Source: Moraxella nasovis
GTDB lineage: Bacteria; Pseudomonadota; Gammaproteobacteria; Pseudomonadales; Moraxellaceae
Direction of reading: 5' to 3'
NCBI RefSeq assembly: GCF_022701215.1
Contig: NZ_CP089976.1
Coordinates: forward strand, 390,001 to 422,000
Length of the DNA: 32,000 nt
Shown one piece after another: positions 28,252 to 32,000 of this stretch. The first letter of the stretch is position 1, and each line of letters opens with the position of its first letter. Under the pieces are notes generated by a model. It had not been told where the DNA came from, made no database searches, and was given only the letters and a program-made list of their open reading frames with translations. The position numbers were made by a program, and so were the translations under genes.

Positions 28252-28511
28252 AAATAAAATGCCGATTATAATGCTTTTACAAGTAATCTTCTATGAAAAA
28301 CTGATACCGACTTTAGGACATCACTACCTTAAGTAGTATAGATAAACACAAAAAAGCTTTATCCCTACCTTTTTTTATGGTAAATTGGAGTGTTTAAAAA
28401 ATAATTTAATGATCGGTAGTCTACGCTTAAAAAAACCAAGGTCTATCGCTCAATTTGTGTTAATTGCACGCATCTTAGCAATACATAAATAAACCAAAGG
28501 GGAGTAAATAC

Positions 28512-29729
28512 ATGGCAATAGGTCGCATCAAGGCATTTTTTGAATTAGAGGCAGCAGGAGGCATCATTCTTGCACTAGCAGCGATGCTTGCTATGATTGT
28601 CGCCAACTCTCCTTTACACGACTTATACCATGGCTTTATCCATGCTCCTGTGGTGGTGCAGATTGGTAATTTTTCTATCAATAAAGACGCCCATCACTGG
28701 ATCAACGATGGGCTGATGGCGATATTTTTCTTTTTGGTTGGACTTGAGCTAAAGCGTGAAGCTTTGGTCGGTGAGCTATCTGACATTAAGCAAATTTTAC
28801 TCCCTGCCTTATGTGCAGTAGGTGGTATGATCGCTCCTGCAGTAATCTATGCTTTGTTTAACTACCAAAACAGTGAACACTTATCAGGGTGGGCAATCCC
28901 TGCTGCTACCGACATCGCCTTTGCCATTGGGGTGCTTAGCCTTTTAGGTAATAAAGTGCCAAATGCCCTAAAAGTGTTCTTGGTATCCATCGCTATCTTT
29001 GATGATTTAGGGGCAATCATCATCATTGCTTTATTTTACACTGCCGACTTATCCTTGACATCGCTTGCTATCGCTGGCGTATGCTTACCCCTACTATTCG
29101 CCCTAAATCGCTTTAACGTTGTCCGCCTTACCCCTTATCTGCTGATTGGGCTTGTGCTGTGGGCAGCCATGCTCAAATCAGGCGTACACGCAACATTGGC
29201 TGGGGTGTTGTTGGCATTTTTTATTCCACTGCGTAATAAATACGACCCAGAACACTCTCCACTTGAAGAGCTAGAGCATGATTTAAGCAACACAGTTGCC
29301 TATGGTATTTTGCCATTATTTGCTTTTGCTAATGCAGGTATCTCTTTGGTGGGGACAGACTTGTCAAGCTTAACTCACAGCGTACCACTTGGAATCACGC
29401 TTGGCTTATTTTTTGGTAAGCAGATTGGGGTTATGGGCGTATTTTTACTCGCCATTAAGCTAAAGCTTGCAAGCCTACCATCAGGCACAAATTATAGACA
29501 AATTTATGGAGCAAGTCTGCTTTGTGGTATCGGCTTTACCATGAGTCTGTTCATCTCAGGGCTTGCCTTTAATGGTGTGCCAGACGCTTTTGATCCACGT
29601 CTTGGTATCATCTTAGGTTCGCTCATCTCTGGGATTGCAGGCTATCTGATATTGCGAGGTGCCATCAAAGATGCCGATCACCCTACTTGGGCTAAAAATC
29701 AAGAAGAAGGGTTTATCGCCAACCATTAG
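28512..29729 (+). CDS. nhaA: Na+/H+ antiporter NhaA
   Basis: 405 aa with [21 protein letters not shown] and [16 protein letters not shown] (the DD pair). AAAGGGGAG RBS upstream. Confidence 0.93.
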   Translation: MAIGRIKAFFELEAAGGIILALAAMLAMIVANSPLHDLYHGFIHAPVVVQIGNFSINKDAHHWINDGLMAIFFFLVGLELKREALVGELSDIKQILLPALCAVGGMIAPAVIYALFNYQNSEHLSGWAIPAATDIAFAIGVLSLLGNKVPNALKVFLVSIAIFDDLGAIIIIALFYTADLSLTSLAIAGVCLPLLFALNRFNVVRLTPYLLIGLVLWAAMLKSGVHATLAGVLLAFFIPLRNKYDPEHSPLEELEHDLSNTVAYGILPLFAFANAGISLVGTDLSSLTHSVPLGITLGLFFGKQIGVMGVFLLAIKLKLASLPSGTNYRQIYGASLLCGIGFTMSLFISGLAFNGVPDAFDPRLGIILGSLISGIAGYLILRGAIKDADHPTWAKNQEEGFIANH

Positions 29730-29745
29730 CCTGTTAATACCGCCT

Positions 29746-29776
29746 AAAGCCTAACTTTATTGTTAGGCTTTATATT
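29746..29776 (+). terminator. hairpin terminator after nhaA
   Basis: AAAGCCTAAC-tttatt-GTTAGGCTTT followed by ATATTT. Confidence 0.55.
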
Positions 29777-29852
29777 TGCCACGCCGTCACTATAACCGCC
29801 GACTTTGCCAAAGTGGTTAAAACAAGCCACAGTGCAGACGATAAAGATAAGA

Positions 29853-30900
29853 CTAATTTAACAGTCTATCGATGAGTTCTGATATGCTTTCATCACGGCA
29901 TTTATCCACCGACGTACCTGCCCATAAGCTCATAAGATTAGGGTCTTTTAGATGCTTTGCCGTAGCACGAAGTTCTTTTGTCATGGCGTTTAATTCAGGA
30001 TAAGGCGGTATCTGTGCGTGCTTAATGACGCCATCAATATCGGCAAACTCACGCAGATAGTCATTCACAAGTCCCCTTGCAAGCTTGCCAGAAAATAATC
30101 TTGTCAAATGAGTATCTTTTGCACAAGCACTTAGCAACTTTGCTTTCCATAATTCATCAATCACCGATTCTGTCGTCGTCAAAAATGCCGTTCCAACTGC
30201 CACCATATCTGCACCCATCATCAGTGCATCACGCACCGCTTTGGCGTCTGCAATGCCACCTGACGCAATTAGCGGCACACAGCTCAGCTTTAAGGCTTGG
30301 GTTAGTAACTCAAATGTCGTTATGCGTTCAGCTTCATCATACAGCCAACCACCTTGGTGTCCGCCCGCTTGTCTGCCTTGCACCACGACCGCATCTGCCC
30401 CCCATTTGTTGCCATAACACCACTTCATCACAGTGATTTGCCGTACCAATAACAAGCGTACCTACCTGCTTAAGCTTAGCAACTTCATCATGGGTTAAAA
30501 TACCAAACGTAAAGCTTGCCACAGGCACAGGGTGGTCAATTAATACCTGAAACTGTTCTTTAAAATCCAATGCAGGCTTAGCACCAAGATTAGGATTAAC
30601 ACCCAGCAAAGCATACTTTTGGATAAGCCAATCTGGCATGGCGTGGGTAAATTTTTGGGTTTGATGATCTCGTAGCACCATTAAATTTACCGCAAAAGGT
30701 TGGTTAGTGAGAGTTTTAATAGCACTAATCTCACTTATCATTAGCTTAGGTGGCATCATGCCCGCCCCTAGCGAACCTAACGCACCTGCCGTGGAAGCTG
30801 CTGCCACAAAGCTTGCATTACTTGCTTTTGCCATCGGTGCTTGCATGATAGGCGTTGCAAGCTTTAGGTGCTGTTTTATACTAATGTTTATCTGCTGCAT
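29853..30900 (-). pseudogene. nitronate monooxygenase (NMO / 2-nitropropane dioxygenase family), frameshifted
   Basis: ORFs 30337-30948 and 29853-30455 overlap in different frames. Removing one base from the C6 run at 30398-30403 (G6 on the coding strand) gives ...TANHCDEVVLWQQMGADAVVVQGRQAGGHQGG..., the family's GADxVVxQGxEAGGH motif. The likely start is ATG 30900 (MQQINISIKQ...IMQAPMA). Confidence 0.8.
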
Positions 30901-30936
30901 CAAATCTTCTTTTATCCTTATCCATAGTATACTTTT

Positions 30937-30970
30937 AATAAAAAACACCCAAGCAAGCTTGAGTGTTTTT
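30937..30970 (-). terminator. rho-independent terminator of mdh
   Basis: ACACTCAAGC-tt-GCTTGGGTGT on the minus strand (one mismatch), followed by TTTTTTATT. Confidence 0.6.
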
Positions 30971-30994
30971 AGTTACCAAAAGAACAAAACTAAA

Positions 30995-31981
30995 TTATAG
31001 CAGATGGCTAATCGCATCACGTTCTTCGATTAATTCATTTAGCGTAGTGTCAATGTATTTTTGGCTAAAGTCATCAATCTCAAGCCCTTGAACGATTTTG
31101 TATTCGCCATTTTCGGTAGTTACAGGGAAACCAAAAATCACACCTTCTGGGATACCATAAGAGCCGTCAGATGGCACACCCATTGTTACCCATTCACCGT
31201 TTGAGCCAAGTGCCCAGTCACGGATGTGATCGATTGCTGCATTGGCAGCAGAAGCAGCAGATGACAATCCACGAGCTTCAATAATGGCTGCACCACGCTT
31301 ACCAACTGTTGGCAAGAAAGTATTGGCATTCCACTCTTGGTCGTTAATGATGTCTTTTACGTTTTCGCCATTAATGGTGGCAAAACGGTAATCAGCGTAC
31401 ATAGTTGGGCTGTGGTTGCCCCATACGGTTAAATTTTTAATATCTTTAACTGCTTTGCCTGTTTTTTTGGCGATTTGAGTTAAGGCACGGTTATGGTCAA
31501 GACGTAACATTGCTGTGAAGTTTTTAGCAGGTAGGTCTGGTGCTGACTTCATCGCGATATAAGCATTGGTATTAGCAGGATTACCAACTACCAGAACTTT
31601 AACATCACGGCTTGCCACGTCATTTAGGGCTTTACCTTGAACGGTGAAAATCTTAGCATTTTCTTGGAGTAAATCAGCACGTTCCATGCCAGGACCACGG
31701 GGACGAGCACCCACAAGCAATGCATAATCAGCGTCTTTAAATGCCACATTTGGGTCATCTGTACCGATTACATCGTGAAGTAGTGGGAATGCACAATCAT
31801 CAAGTTCCATAATCACGCCTTGTAGAGCCTGTTGAGCTTTTTCTACTGGAATCTCTAGCAGTTGTAGAATAACCGGCTGGTCTTTACCAAGCATCTCACC
31901 TGAAGCGATGCGAAATAGTAGGCTATAACCAATCTGACCTGCAGCACCTGTCACAGCAACACGAACGGGTTGTTTACTCAT
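30995..31981 (-). CDS. mdh: malate dehydrogenase (NAD-dependent, long cytosolic-type form)
   Basis: 328 aa with [30 protein letters not shown] and RLDHNRA. Confidence 0.95.
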   Translation of the reverse strand: MSKQPVRVAVTGAAGQIGYSLLFRIASGEMLGKDQPVILQLLEIPVEKAQQALQGVIMELDDCAFPLLHDVIGTDDPNVAFKDADYALLVGARPRGPGMERADLLQENAKIFTVQGKALNDVASRDVKVLVVGNPANTNAYIAMKSAPDLPAKNFTAMLRLDHNRALTQIAKKTGKAVKDIKNLTVWGNHSPTMYADYRFATINGENVKDIINDQEWNANTFLPTVGKRGAAIIEARGLSSAASAANAAIDHIRDWALGSNGEWVTMGVPSDGSYGIPEGVIFGFPVTTENGEYKIVQGLEIDDFSQKYIDTTLNELIEERDAISHLL

Positions 31982-32000
31982 TGTTGTATCCTCAAAAAAA

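Noticed and set aside
1-32000. tRNA, rRNA or other structured RNA genes in the longer intergenic regions (9156-9366, 11599-11864, 14671-14876, 17231-17470, 23640-23980, 28252-28511)
   Set aside because: Reading by eye found no cloverleaf-compatible acceptor or T-arm pairs (no GTTCRANYC-type T-loop with a matching stem) and no rRNA-like conserved blocks. This cannot be fully excluded without tRNAscan or Infernal.

Overview
This window looks like a chromosomal segment of a Moraxella-like gammaproteobacterium; the taxon is inferred from gene content and codon style, not from any search. It is mostly single-copy housekeeping and membrane genes: valS, serB, bioB, hemJ, rph, fadD, coaBC, nhaA, mdh, an MscS-family channel, an NfeD/SPFH pair, two TSUP permeases, a tandem YbjQ pair and a McaP-like GDSL-lipase autotransporter. 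I found no rRNA, tRNA, CRISPR array, transposase or integrase. The best candidate for an undescribed system is a strongly AT-rich single-gene islet (2285-4229, minus strand) directly downstream of valS. It encodes a NERD (PD-(D/E)xK nuclease-like) domain fused to a UvrD-like SF1 helicase and has its own near-consensus promoter and RBS. That architecture resembles single-gene nuclease-helicase anti-phage proteins. A second AT-rich block on the other side of valS carries an EamA permease and a small ORF. Two genes, an MFS transporter and a nitronate monooxygenase, are broken by +1 insertions in homopolymer runs. Other points: a 14-bp x ~6 intergenic tandem repeat, a 12-bp repeat upstream of fadD, a perfect in-frame 27-bp duplication inside nfeD, and several clean hairpin terminators.
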